Notes: generated by a model from the sequence alone, not told the origin. A DNA stretch of 52,581 nucleotides from Promethearchaeota archaeon (GCA_048938855.1 JBHLLT010000021.1:1-52581), one strand, 5' to 3'; positions 19,864-30,129 are shown, numbered from the stretch's first letter. A program made the numbers and translations.

Positions 19864-19885
19864 CTTGATATTACCTTGATATTAC
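19864..19885. repeat. Perfect tandem 11-bp repeat CTTGATATTAC x2 in a promoter region
   Basis: Seen directly, 35 nt upstream of ORF 19921. Confidence 0.6.
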
Positions 19886-19920
19886 TTCTTTTCAAAAATT
19901 TCTTACGTATTATTTAATTT

Positions 19921-20259
19921 ATGTCGGTTCCGCTAAAAAATTTCGAACACCTTAAATTATTTCACTCAATACGCCATAGTCAAATCAAGTACCAAACACC
20001 CTTGATCTTGAAGATGTTTGGAACTTTGAATAAAATTAATATGAAAAATGAAAATAGATATATTTTGTGCAACTTTCTTGACCAATATAGTGATTTAATT
20101 GGATTGGAAGAGGATATTTATAAATTAAGTAATCAAGTCACATTGAATCAGCTATTTCTTTTTGCTATTACTAAAGCTAGAGAAAAAAAATTAATCAACA
20201 CATTATATAACGAATATATTAATTCTATTAACGCAATTAGCAAAAAAAGAATAATCTAG
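19921..20259 (+). CDS. Hypothetical protein
   Basis: 112 aa ORF filling the intergenic gap; no motif recognised. Confidence 0.6.
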   Translation: MSVPLKNFEHLKLFHSIRHSQIKYQTPLILKMFGTLNKINMKNENRYILCNFLDQYSDLIGLEEDIYKLSNQVTLNQLFLFAITKAREKKLINTLYNEYINSINAISKKRII

Positions 20260-20313
20260 AACGAAGAACCACTAAAGTTCCATTTTCCAAATATAAATAA
20301 GATAAAAAATAAA

Positions 20314-21009
20314 TTAGATAAAAGTTATATCTTGATATTCAGAATCTCCAATATCTTTTTTTGCCACGCCGAGCTCTCTAACTTGCTGATTTAATTTTAA
20401 GACAGCATCTCTAACTATTTCTTTTTGTTTTGCACCTGTACATACAATTCTCCCAGTAGAAAAAATTAAAAACACTGTTTTCGGATCCTGCATCCGATAA
20501 ATTAAACCAGGAAAAACTTCTGGCTCATACATCGCAAATTCCATAACAATTGCAGCCATATTAAGATCTATATTTGTATGAAGATCTCCTGAAGCTACAA
20601 TGTTTTGAATTGTAATTTCTGGATTTGCTAACTTAATTCCTGCTTTTCTAATATTTTTGACGACCTTGTCAACTACTCGTTCTGCTTCTGCTGCTTGCCT
20701 AAGTCCAGTAACCACCATTTTTCCAGTAGAAAATATCAAAATTGTAGCACGAGGTTTTTCAATACGCATTACAAGACCAGGAAAACGCTCTGGATTATAT
20801 TCCACTTCTGCATGACGTCTTGCAATTTGATTTAGATCTATTTTCTCTGTTATTTCTACTGTAACTGTCGCAACAACATTTTCAATTTTATAATCTAAGT
20901 CTGTTTCATAATCGTATTCACCTTCCTCACCTTCGCCTTCAAATTCTTCCTCTTCATCCTCTTCGTCTTCTAAATCGTCAAATTCATCATCAAACTCTTC
21001 ATCTGACAT
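20314..21009 (-). CDS. tbp: TATA-box binding protein with acidic N-terminal extension
   Basis: Two repeats NVVA/NIVA, YNPERFPGL/YEPEVFPGL, LIFSTG.V.TG. Confidence 0.98.
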   Translation of the reverse strand: MSDEEFDDEFDDLEDEEDEEEEFEGEGEEGEYDYETDLDYKIENVVATVTVEITEKIDLNQIARRHAEVEYNPERFPGLVMRIEKPRATILIFSTGKMVVTGLRQAAEAERVVDKVVKNIRKAGIKLANPEITIQNIVASGDLHTNIDLNMAAIVMEFAMYEPEVFPGLIYRMQDPKTVFLIFSTGRIVCTGAKQKEIVRDAVLKLNQQVRELGVAKKDIGDSEYQDITFI

Positions 21010-21217
21010 GATAAAAATAAGTGATAATTGTGCTTTAAATTTATAAAAATAATAAAACTCTTTATTTCAAGGTTTTTTTGTTAATTTTATTTAAATAAAT
21101 CCTCCTTTATAAAGGTGGTAGATTTAAAAATAAATAGTGCTAAAATCACAAAATATTGAGAGTCATATATAAATTTTTCAAAAATGAATAAAGAAAAGAA
21201 TTTGTCATCAAAACAAT

Positions 21218-21739
21218 TTAAGAATTTTCTGAGATCTGGTCTAATATTCGTTTTGTTAATTCTAGAAAAGCTTGTTCAACATTTTGGCCAGTTTTAGCTG
21301 AAGTAATAATCATCCCCATGTTATTTACGCTTGCATACTCAAGTGATTCGCTTTCAGTTATTCTGATTTGCTTTTCCAGGTCGGATTTATTTCCTATAAG
21401 TACCATAGGAGCATTACCTCTAGCATCTCTAAAACTTTGTATCCATTCTCCAAGTTTTTCAAAACTTTTATTGCTAGTCATGTCATAAACGACGAAAGCA
21501 CCATTGGCACCCTCCAGATATAGACTCCTCAAGGATTTAAACGATTCTTGACCCCCTAAATCCCAGATTTGGGCAGAAACATCACCATACCCTTCAACAT
21601 TCATATCTTTCTTTAAAAGATTAACTCCTAATGTACTTTTGTAATTTTCTCTGAACTTATCTTCAATGAACCTATAAACAAGTGATGTTTTACCTACATT
21701 TGCTTCTCCAAGCAAAACTATTTTTAAAATATATGACAT
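21218..21739 (-). CDS. Rab/Ras-like small GTPase
   Basis: GEANVGKT, WDLGGQ, NKSD, TSAK. Confidence 0.95.
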   Translation of the reverse strand: MSYILKIVLLGEANVGKTSLVYRFIEDKFRENYKSTLGVNLLKKDMNVEGYGDVSAQIWDLGGQESFKSLRSLYLEGANGAFVVYDMTSNKSFEKLGEWIQSFRDARGNAPMVLIGNKSDLEKQIRITESESLEYASVNNMGMIITSAKTGQNVEQAFLELTKRILDQISENS

Positions 21740-21905
21740 TAGCCATCACACAGTAAAAGAGTTAGAATTTTATTTTATATTCAAAGTATAGTTTATACTT
21801 ATTAATAATTTTCTAATTACACTTTAAAAATGTATATAGAACTAAAATAATCCAGAAATTCTACTATTAAAAAAAGGAATTACAAAAAAATTGGTTTAAC
21901 TTAAT

Positions 21906-22391
21906 TTAATCTTGGGATTGAAAGACTATCATAAACTCACAATAATTCTCACCAGTCTGCAAACTACATCCAAGTTCTTGAGCAAAACAATGACGATCAC
22001 TTAACTTTTCTACAACTCCTGCTAACAATCCTGCTTCAAATGAACAAAAACTTCCTGCAGTTTTAATACCTTTTTTCATTAGATCTTTTATGGATGAGTG
22101 ATCTCTTAAATTTAATTGAACAATTTCTTCTGTGCTTTCAGTGATCTCAACTTTTCCAAGGTTATACTCGCTTATTATTCGTTTTAATTCATCTGGAATT
22201 TGAGTTACATCTTTCACAGATTTAATTTTCAAAATTGTCCCTAATTCATGCCCTAAGTAGTAAAAGATTGCTTCTAGTTGATGTCCCAAAGCTAATAGAG
22301 CTCCAACTTTCATATCACCAATATCTTTGCCCTCTTTTAAATTCTTTTTCATTTGAACGAGAATTTTAGAGAGTAATTGCCTATCCATCAA
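21906..22391 (-). CDS. V4R domain protein
   Basis: FYYLGHELG, CSFEAGLLAG..E..C...G..CEF. Confidence 0.85.
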   Translation of the reverse strand: MMDRQLLSKILVQMKKNLKEGKDIGDMKVGALLALGHQLEAIFYYLGHELGTILKIKSVKDVTQIPDELKRIISEYNLGKVEITESTEEIVQLNLRDHSSIKDLMKKGIKTAGSFCSFEAGLLAGVVEKLSDRHCFAQELGCSLQTGENYCEFMIVFQSQD

Positions 22392-22426
22392 ATTTCACTT
22401 TTTTTATTTTTATTTTACTTTTTTTT

Positions 22427-22726
22427 TTATATTTTAACTGAAGATATAAACGCATAAAGAATCGCATCAATAATCTCCTCTTCTTGTATGTTTACACATA
22501 ATCTCTTATCTGCAATGATTAATGTAGGAACAGAAGTAATACGATATTCTAGAGTTAACTGACGGTTTTCCTCCAAATCAATCGAGATTTTTTCAATTCT
22601 TAATTTTTTTCCGAACAATGATATATTTATTCTCTTTAACTTTTCTTCCACAGGTATGCAAGGTGCACAATGATTTGATGAAAAAAATAAAATCTTTGGA
22701 TATCCTTGGTCGATATCTTCATACAT
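22427..22726 (-). CDS. Thioredoxin-fold protein
   Basis: CAPC (CxxC) and ITSVPTL cis-Pro loop. Confidence 0.85.
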   Translation of the reverse strand: MYEDIDQGYPKILFFSSNHCAPCIPVEEKLKRINISLFGKKLRIEKISIDLEENRQLTLEYRITSVPTLIIADKRLCVNIQEEEIIDAILYAFISSVKI

Positions 22727-22729
22727 TTT

Positions 22730-23278
22730 CTATTCTTCTTTATATTTATTATATAACTCTTTTATGATCGCTTGGAATGCCTCGAATACCCCTTGTCCTG
22801 TTTTTGCTGATGTTTTATAATAACCAAGAAAGTTTCTTTCATTTACAATTTTTTTTACTTTATTATCGTTTAAATCTTTTTCATCAACTAAATCTGTTTT
22901 ATTACCAAACAAAACAATAGGTAGTTCTCCCGTATATTTTTTAATATCTTCATGCCATTCTGCTATTTGATTAAAACTTTCTTCATCAGTGTGGGAGAAT
23001 ACTATGATTGCCGCTTTACTCCCCTTATAAAATGTAGGTCGCATGAAATCAAATTCCCGCTGTCCTGCAATATCCCAAAAAAATAACTTACAATTATCTC
23101 CTTCGATTTCTTCATCATATTTAGAGAATTGGGCTCCTAATGTCTTAATATAATCTTTTTGGAAACTTCCTTGAGTATATTTTTTAATTAGGGAAGTCTT
23201 CCCAACTGCTCCATTGCCTATTACAGTTATTTTGAATACAAATCCTTTTGCAACATCATCTTTTCCCATTAATATCAC
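22730..23278 (-). CDS. Rab/Ran-like small GTPase
   Basis: GNGAVGKT, WDIAGQ, NKTD, TSAK. Confidence 0.95.
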   Translation of the reverse strand: MILMGKDDVAKGFVFKITVIGNGAVGKTSLIKKYTQGSFQKDYIKTLGAQFSKYDEEIEGDNCKLFFWDIAGQREFDFMRPTFYKGSKAAIIVFSHTDEESFNQIAEWHEDIKKYTGELPIVLFGNKTDLVDEKDLNDNKVKKIVNERNFLGYYKTSAKTGQGVFEAFQAIIKELYNKYKEE

Positions 23279-23393
23279 TCGCTTATTCTGTTATTAATGC
23301 AATATTTTTCAAAAGTATAGAATATTATTTTTTTATTTATTTTTATTTGTTATTATTTTATATTAATAATAACAACTGGTAATAAATATTTAC

Positions 23394-23879
23394 ATGAGTG
23401 AAACCATGGATATTTTAGAAAGAATCTCAAAATTATTAAGAGATTTTACTGATATGGAAATAAAAATAGCAATCGCAGAATCTTGTACAGGTGGTTTTAT
23501 TTCACATATGTTTACTAATATTTCTGGAGCATCGAAGGTATTTGAAAGAGGAATTGTTTGTTACAGTAATCAGACTAAAATAGATTTATTAAATGTTGAT
23601 CCACTAATATTAGAGAAATTTGGTGCTGTGTCTAAAGAAGTTGTTAGTCAATTAGCAAATAATGTAAGAATACTTTCTAATGTTGATCTTGGAATAGGAA
23701 TAAGTGGTATTGCTGGTCCAACAGGAGGAACACCAGAAAAACCTGTAGGATTGGTATTTATAGGCATTTCAACTGATAATGTATTGAAAGTTCAGCAGTA
23801 TAAATTCAAAACAGATCGAATTTCATTCAAAAAAGAAGTCTTAAAGAAATTAATTCAATTATTAGAAGAACTATACTAA
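23394..23879 (+). CDS. CinA C-terminal / PncC NMN amidohydrolase
   Basis: AESCTGG, GAS, GAVS, SGIAGPTGG..KPVG. Confidence 0.92.
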   Translation: MSETMDILERISKLLRDFTDMEIKIAIAESCTGGFISHMFTNISGASKVFERGIVCYSNQTKIDLLNVDPLILEKFGAVSKEVVSQLANNVRILSNVDLGIGISGIAGPTGGTPEKPVGLVFIGISTDNVLKVQQYKFKTDRISFKKEVLKKLIQLLEELY

Positions 23880-23913
23880 TTACAAATGTTAATATAAATA
23901 TAAAAAAAAAACT

Positions 23914-25110
23914 TTATGTAACTATTAATTTTCCATTCTCCATTATTGCTTTTTTAAAGCCGTCCACGTATTCTACTGTTATATTAGCTTTTGGAGCGGT
24001 TACAAAATCCCAGTGCATTTGAGATGCTGATGTTCCACCAAAGGACTTATTAAATCCAAAAGCAACATGAACACTTCCGTTAATTTTTTCATCTGTCAAT
24101 ATATAGCCAATCGGCTTAGTAATCACAGGGTTACAACCAATACCAAGTTCACCTACATTATAAGTTCTTAGTTCTGGAACATTATTTTTTTTATCTATTT
24201 CTTCACTTTGTTTAAAAGCGTTTATTAATAGATCTAAATCATTATCTGCTGATATCTTATTAATCAATAATTTACCGTCTTTAAAAGTGAGATCTACATT
24301 TTTAATAATTTTATTAGAATATCTCTCAATCGTCAAGGGGCAAAAAAGCTTACCTTCTCCTTGTTTTTCATTAGGTGGAAAAAAGACTTCACCTGCAGGT
24401 AAATTACCCCCTAAATCTCCTAATGCTATTTTTTCATCAGAAAGTAATCCATCGTCGAGATTTCGAGCCCGATTTTCTATTGAAAGCCAAAAGTTAGTCC
24501 CTAAATCATCAGTAACATAAACTTTTTTTGCATTGACAAAATATTTTCCTAAGTTTGTAGTAATATTTGTTAATTCGTCCGATGGAATACTCATACCATC
24601 AACAATGAATTTTTCAAATAAATCATATTCAATATTATAGAAATCAGCAGCCTTTTTTGAGGGCCAAGCAGCATAGCACCATTTTTTCCCTGGAGCATAT
24701 TCTTCTTTAAAGCCATATAATATGTCTCGTATTGGAGCAATTGATTTCTGATATGCTTTAAGCTTTTCCTCTGGAGCATTATTACGAATTAAGGGATCTT
24801 CTGGATATTCAATTACAATATAAGCATCGATATTCTTAACCATTTCAATATAATGTTTTGGGGGTATCTCCAACGTTTTCTCAGAAATTTGATCATCTTG
24901 CCACATAGTTTCCTCAAAATAATCACTCACAGCAGTTATATATGGAATTCCTCCTTTTCTAAGAACACTTAAACCTATCTCTTCTAGGAGCTCTTGGCAA
25001 TAGACAGCTCCTTTTATAAGAACGAACTCGCCATCTTTTTTTATATTTACGCTATTAGTAATATTCTCAGCACATAATTTGATCTTATCTGTGCTAATTT
25101 TTCTCTCCAT
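23914..25110 (-). CDS. M29 thermophilic metallo-aminopeptidase
   Basis: NLPAGEVF, GELGIG.N, DEKI.G.VHVAFG, HWDF. Confidence 0.9.
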   Translation of the reverse strand: MERKISTDKIKLCAENITNSVNIKKDGEFVLIKGAVYCQELLEEIGLSVLRKGGIPYITAVSDYFEETMWQDDQISEKTLEIPPKHYIEMVKNIDAYIVIEYPEDPLIRNNAPEEKLKAYQKSIAPIRDILYGFKEEYAPGKKWCYAAWPSKKAADFYNIEYDLFEKFIVDGMSIPSDELTNITTNLGKYFVNAKKVYVTDDLGTNFWLSIENRARNLDDGLLSDEKIALGDLGGNLPAGEVFFPPNEKQGEGKLFCPLTIERYSNKIIKNVDLTFKDGKLLINKISADNDLDLLINAFKQSEEIDKKNNVPELRTYNVGELGIGCNPVITKPIGYILTDEKINGSVHVAFGFNKSFGGTSASQMHWDFVTAPKANITVEYVDGFKKAIMENGKLIVT

Positions 25111-25398
25111 AAAATCACCACAAAATTTTTCACTTATTATTAAAGTAAATTAGGATAAAAATCATTTCTTTAAATCAAAGACGGTCTATAGAAAAAAATA
25201 ATAGTAATGATTTTTTACGATAAAGCCGAGGGATAGAGAGCTAATTCATTAACAAATTTATCTAAGAAATTAAAAAAAAAAGAAGTAAAAGAATCAAAGA
25301 ATTTATTATAATAAATAGGTATAATTTAAATATTGAACTGAATATTCAAAAGAAAGAAAATAAAAAATAACTACTTTAATCTTTTCAAATTCTTTAAA

Positions 25399-25854
25399 AT
25401 GGTCGTTAGAGAAGCTGGTTTATTATTCAGAGGTTTTACTTTAGTTAAAAAAAGTTATCATAAAACTACATTGGGGAAAATCGATTCAGATTTAAGAAGT
25501 GGTTTACTTACCGCAATTTTAGATTTCGCTCAATCTACTTTCTCTAAAGTTGAATATTTTGAAGGAAAAAAATTCCTAATCACATTTACAGATGATAAAA
25601 TTATGAGTGATGACGGTTTTGAGCCTGAGCTTTTGGTTTCTTATGCTATTTTGGATAAAGAAAAAAAAATTGAGAAATATCTCCATAAAATTATTCATCC
25701 GCTACTAACACAAATATTAAATGAGTTTAAAAACCAGAATGCAGGTAAAAATTTATCTGAAGTGTCTCAATTTAAAGATTTTAAAAAATCTATTGATACA
25801 TTCTTTGGTACTGATACACAAACAGTTGACCAAAAACTAAGAGATTTCCTATAA
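25399..25854 (+). CDS. Stand-alone longin-like domain protein
   Basis: beta-hairpin, then D.DLRSGLLTAI..FA helix, strands and two C-terminal helices; similar to 45490-45951. Confidence 0.55.
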   Translation: MVVREAGLLFRGFTLVKKSYHKTTLGKIDSDLRSGLLTAILDFAQSTFSKVEYFEGKKFLITFTDDKIMSDDGFEPELLVSYAILDKEKKIEKYLHKIIHPLLTQILNEFKNQNAGKNLSEVSQFKDFKKSIDTFFGTDTQTVDQKLRDFL

Positions 25855-25863
25855 ATAAGCTCT

Positions 25864-26817
25864 TTATTTACATGATTTCTTTAAATACCATAGAATTATT
25901 GGTAGTGCTATAGTTGCGTCAGAAATAACAGTGGAATATTTTGCATTTTCATTTATTTTCCCCCATGAAATTGCTTCTCTTAATGAGGCGCCACTTAATC
26001 CTCCCGGTTCGGGTCGGTCCATAGTAATTTGAATAGCAAAGTTAGCAGAATTTGGGCAAAATTGTAATGATTGCATTATAAAATTTTTAGGAACCCCCCC
26101 TCCAACAATGCAAATCCCTGCAACTTGAGAGTCCCAGGCAAGGTTCACCATTTCTAACATGTCCTTGAAATGATTTAAATTTAATTTTTGGTTATGAAAT
26201 CCTAATTGCATTGCTAGTCCAGAGTCAGTAAAAGCGGGACAAAAAACAGGGATATCATTATCATAACAAGCTCTTAAGATTGAGTTAGAATTTTTTGGTA
26301 ATTGTTTTCCAACAAATTTTAGAAAAGAGCTGACTGACATATTATAGTCGGGTATTTCCAATTTTGATACAAAATCTTCAATTCCTTCATAGACTTTATT
26401 TGGCATATATACATCATAAATTCTATTAATATCCTCTCTGTGAAGAAAATTATCATCAAACTCGACAGATTCTAGATTTCCTTGTAAGTGTCGATATCCT
26501 AAAGCCTCTGCTAAATCATGTGTCAAATTTGCTCCAGTAGTCACCAACACATCGATAAATCCATCATTTAAAAAATCAAAAATGACTTTTTGCAATCCTG
26601 CAGGAATTAGAGCTCCAGCTAATCCAAAAAATTTCACACAACCATCGGTATTAACCATATCTTTATAGATTTCACAAGCTAATGCCAATCTTTTTGCATT
26701 AAATCCTGTATCTTTTAATGAATTTATTAATTCTATAATATCTGTATTGTTGGTTATTCTAAACTGATTAATATTTCTTAACATATCTTTAAAATCCTTT
26801 TCAGATATAAAAATCAC
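25864..26817 (-). CDS. dys: Deoxyhypusine synthase
   Basis: TTGANLTHD, NRIYD, GGGVPKN, GGLSGA..EAISWGK. Confidence 0.93.
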   Translation of the reverse strand: MIFISEKDFKDMLRNINQFRITNNTDIIELINSLKDTGFNAKRLALACEIYKDMVNTDGCVKFFGLAGALIPAGLQKVIFDFLNDGFIDVLVTTGANLTHDLAEALGYRHLQGNLESVEFDDNFLHREDINRIYDVYMPNKVYEGIEDFVSKLEIPDYNMSVSSFLKFVGKQLPKNSNSILRACYDNDIPVFCPAFTDSGLAMQLGFHNQKLNLNHFKDMLEMVNLAWDSQVAGICIVGGGVPKNFIMQSLQFCPNSANFAIQITMDRPEPGGLSGASLREAISWGKINENAKYSTVISDATIALPIILWYLKKSCK

Positions 26818-27746
26818 CGTATATCTTTATTAGAGATAAAAGAAATGAATTCAATAATTATTTTAGCCGCTAAATTACATGTCATTTTATTTTTTAAATC
26901 TAAATTAGGTGCGACTTCAACCAAATCAAAACCTACAATCTCAAAATTTTTAGCAACTTCCCTTAAAATTTGCCACATCTCTCTATATGTAAATCCACCA
27001 GGCATCGCAAAACCAGTACCAGGGGCAAGAGATGGTTCTAAGGCATCAATATCTATAGAAATATATAAGGATTTAACGTTTGATTTTTTGAAATGGTTGA
27101 TTATTTTATTTACGTAAATGTCAAGTCCATCTATTAGCTCATGAGCTTTTAGATACTTAATTTCTTCCGATTGTGCAATTTCTAATTCAGGTATGTCAAT
27201 ATCTCTTGCACCTACAATTAAAAGATTATTTTTATTAATATAATCTAGATCATAAATTCTATGTGAAATAGTTGCATGAGAATAAACCCCTTTATCCCAT
27301 TCTTGGTAAAAATCTAAATGTGCATCAAACAAAAGTACACCAAATTCATCTTTCTTATCAAAAATATCTCCAACAACTTGTATTACTGGATATGAACAGA
27401 AATGATCTCCACCTATCATAACTGGGATTATATTCTTTTTTTTTTGATAAATTTTTTTGATAAATTCTTTAATGGTAATGAGATTTTTTTCAATATCATC
27501 TTTTATTATGGGAATATTTCCTACATCAGCAATTTTGAAATCAGTAATTGGTTGCCCTTGTTCAGATGTCCATCCAATATCATTTGTTACATCTCTGATC
27601 TTTTCAGGAGCAATTGAAGAGTTAGGCAAATCAATTGAAGTTAAATAATCCCAAGGTATACCAAAAATGACAAATTGAGTATCGTCATTAATTTCATTAC
27701 TGGAGTTGAAAAATCTCATTTTCTTTTTCCTTTTACATTTTATCAA
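26814..27746 (-). CDS. speB: Agmatinase / ureohydrolase
   Basis: GGDH, DAHLD, SIDIDA..P..APGTG, DLVEVAP. Confidence 0.9.
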   Translation of the reverse strand: MIKCKRKKKMRFFNSSNEINDDTQFVIFGIPWDYLTSIDLPNSSIAPEKIRDVTNDIGWTSEQGQPITDFKIADVGNIPIIKDDIEKNLITIKEFIKKIYQKKKNIIPVMIGGDHFCSYPVIQVVGDIFDKKDEFGVLLFDAHLDFYQEWDKGVYSHATISHRIYDLDYINKNNLLIVGARDIDIPELEIAQSEEIKYLKAHELIDGLDIYVNKIINHFKKSNVKSLYISIDIDALEPSLAPGTGFAMPGGFTYREMWQILREVAKNFEIVGFDLVEVAPNLDLKNKMTCNLAAKIIIEFISFISNKDIR

Positions 27747-29454
27747 GTGTTTTTATTCCTAAGATGTTTAATCCAATCTTAATAATTATTTGCACACATT
27801 TTATCAACAATAATCTTGCGCTTTCTAATTCTTTATTATCTGATATAACTTGGCATGAAGAATAAAAAGAGTTGAAAATTTGGCACAGAGTTAATAAATA
27901 TTGGGCAACCAAGTGAACGTTATAGGTTTCCTCAGCTAAATCTACGATTTCAGGGAAATAAGTCATTTGTTTGATTAAATCAAATTCATTTTTATGAGTA
28001 AATAAGTCCCAATTAACATTTGTAGTTAATTCTAACTTTGATTTTAAAATTATAGATTCTATTCTAGCATAGCAATATTGAATATAAGGACCAGTTTCTC
28101 CCTCAAATGATATACTTTCATCCGGTCTAAAAATAAAACCTTTAGTTGCGCTGTATTTTAAAATAAAAAACTTAATAGCGGCTAATCCAATAATTTCGGC
28201 TCTTGTTAATTTTTCAGATTCAGACAAATCTGGGTATCTTTTATTGACCTCATTTAATGCTAATTTTTCTACTTCTTCGATGACTTCATCTCCATCCACC
28301 ACAGTTCCCTCTCGACTTTTCATTTTTCCACTAGGCAAATCTATCATACCATAAGATAAATGATAGTTATCTTCTTGAAAACCCAGAAGTTCTAATATTG
28401 CAAACAACCATTTAAAATGTTGATTTTGTTCGTCTGCAACGACATAAATGGATCTATCATAATTAAAATCTTCCTTTTTCTTATAAGCAAGGTAAATATC
28501 TTGGGTAATATAAATTGTTGTACCATCACTTCGTATTAGAAATTTATCGGGGAGATTATATTTGTCTTTAAACCTTACAAAAATGGCGCCATCCTCCGTT
28601 TTTTCAAAGATCCCTTTATTCAGTCCGTCTAGGATAATTTCCTTCCCTTTTAAATATAAATCTGATTCAAAATATTCCTTATCAAATGAAATACCAAGTT
28701 TTTTAAAAGTAACTTTAAAACCATCTAAAGCCCACTTATTCATTTTATTCCATAAGGATATGGTATCTTTATCCCCTTTTTCCCACAATCTTAAAAGATT
28801 ATAAGCTTCATCTTCAAGGTTTTCATCCTTCTCCGCCATTTCGTTATATTTTACATAAAAATCTCCAACAAAATGATCGCTTTTTTTATCGGGTTTCCTA
28901 TTATTCCCCCATTTTTTATATGCGATCATACTTTTACAGATGTGAATACCACGATTATTATATAAATTTACTTGGAACACTTCATATCCCTTATATTCAA
29001 GTAAATTGGAAAGTGATTTTCCAAGTAAAACATTTCTAATATGACCAAAATGAAGAGGTTTATTAGTATTTGGGGAAGGATATTCAATAACAATTCTTTT
29101 CTTCTTTTTCTCTCCTTTTTCAATAGATTCTCGAATCCTACCATAATCCTTGTTTAAATCAAAAATTGTCTCAAGGACATATTTTGATTTTACTTTCAAA
29201 TTTAAATAAGGCCCAATTGCTTTGACATTATCTAAAACTTCAGTTTTTTTAATCACATTTTCTAAATCTTTAGCAATTAAATCAGGTGATTTTTTTTCGA
29301 TTTTTGCTAGCTTAAAACAAGGGAAAGCATATGTAAAATCAATCTCTGAAGGAGGCAATTCTAATAAAGCTTTAATTTCCTCTATTTTAAGTGTCTTAAT
29401 CTTTTCACTTAAAATCTCGGCGATTGTTTTCTTATCAATGATTTTCATTTTCAA
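27733..29454 (-). CDS. argS: Arginine--tRNA ligase
   Basis: SPNTNKPLHFGHIRN, KMKSREG, GETGPYIQY. Confidence 0.97.
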   Translation of the reverse strand: MKMKIIDKKTIAEILSEKIKTLKIEEIKALLELPPSEIDFTYAFPCFKLAKIEKKSPDLIAKDLENVIKKTEVLDNVKAIGPYLNLKVKSKYVLETIFDLNKDYGRIRESIEKGEKKKKRIVIEYPSPNTNKPLHFGHIRNVLLGKSLSNLLEYKGYEVFQVNLYNNRGIHICKSMIAYKKWGNNRKPDKKSDHFVGDFYVKYNEMAEKDENLEDEAYNLLRLWEKGDKDTISLWNKMNKWALDGFKVTFKKLGISFDKEYFESDLYLKGKEIILDGLNKGIFEKTEDGAIFVRFKDKYNLPDKFLIRSDGTTIYITQDIYLAYKKKEDFNYDRSIYVVADEQNQHFKWLFAILELLGFQEDNYHLSYGMIDLPSGKMKSREGTVVDGDEVIEEVEKLALNEVNKRYPDLSESEKLTRAEIIGLAAIKFFILKYSATKGFIFRPDESISFEGETGPYIQYCYARIESIILKSKLELTTNVNWDLFTHKNEFDLIKQMTYFPEIVDLAEETYNVHLVAQYLLTLCQIFNSFYSSCQVISDNKELESARLLLIKCVQIIIKIGLNILGIKTLDKM

Positions 29455-29717
29455 AATCGAGAAAAAATCAAAAAATTGTGTAATTTTATATATTTTAACT
29501 TCTTTCTGTTTTGTTAAAAATATCTAAAATAGCTCATAAAATTTTTGATTGAATTTGTATCATTTTATTAAACAAAAGGTTTTGAATTTAATAGTAAAAT
29601 ATAGTTAATTGTTAAAATACGGTTAATTATTCTTATTTCAGATTCATAAAAATGTTAAAATATTTTAAAATGAATTTACTTTAAAATCGTATAATTTACA
29701 TAATTTACAATTGAATT

Positions 29718-30077
29718 ATGGATATAACAATGATTGAAAAAAACGATATTTTCATATTAAAATGGAATGATGATATAGAAAAATTTGAACCAATTGAATC
29801 TGATGCGGATATGAATGAAGGAATATTCCTTGAACTTGTTAAAGGTGATGCAATATGGAGATATTTTTATATTAAAGGAGCATCATTAATAGCACGACGC
29901 ACAGCTTTGAGAACAGCCAATGGCATATCAAAGACAGGATATGTTCATCCTAAAACTGATATACGTTATGGTGTTGAATATAGACTCGAAGAGGAAGTAT
30001 CTCCATATGAGGATATGCCAGATGATCTAAGAAAAACTCAACGGTCTTGGTATAAAGGAGAATATAAGCAATATTAA
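29718..30077 (+). CDS. Hypothetical protein
   Basis: 119 aa ORF; ASLIARRTALRTANGI helix. Confidence 0.7.
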   Translation: MDITMIEKNDIFILKWNDDIEKFEPIESDADMNEGIFLELVKGDAIWRYFYIKGASLIARRTALRTANGISKTGYVHPKTDIRYGVEYRLEEEVSPYEDMPDDLRKTQRSWYKGEYKQY

Positions 30078-30129
30078 TCCTCCTGTATTTTTTAACTTTC
30101 TTCTAAATCTTTATTATTTTGACTTGAGA

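Noticed and set aside
22427-22726. Selenoprotein thioredoxin
   Set aside because: Active site is CxxC; no in-frame TGA
29691-29708. ATAATTTAC tandem repeat
   Set aside because: Low-complexity 9-mer in a very AT-rich spacer
29455-29717. Arg-rich leader peptide upstream of argS (and Cys-rich leader before cysS)
   Set aside because: Looked for by analogy with ileS; no cognate-codon run or structured leader noticed
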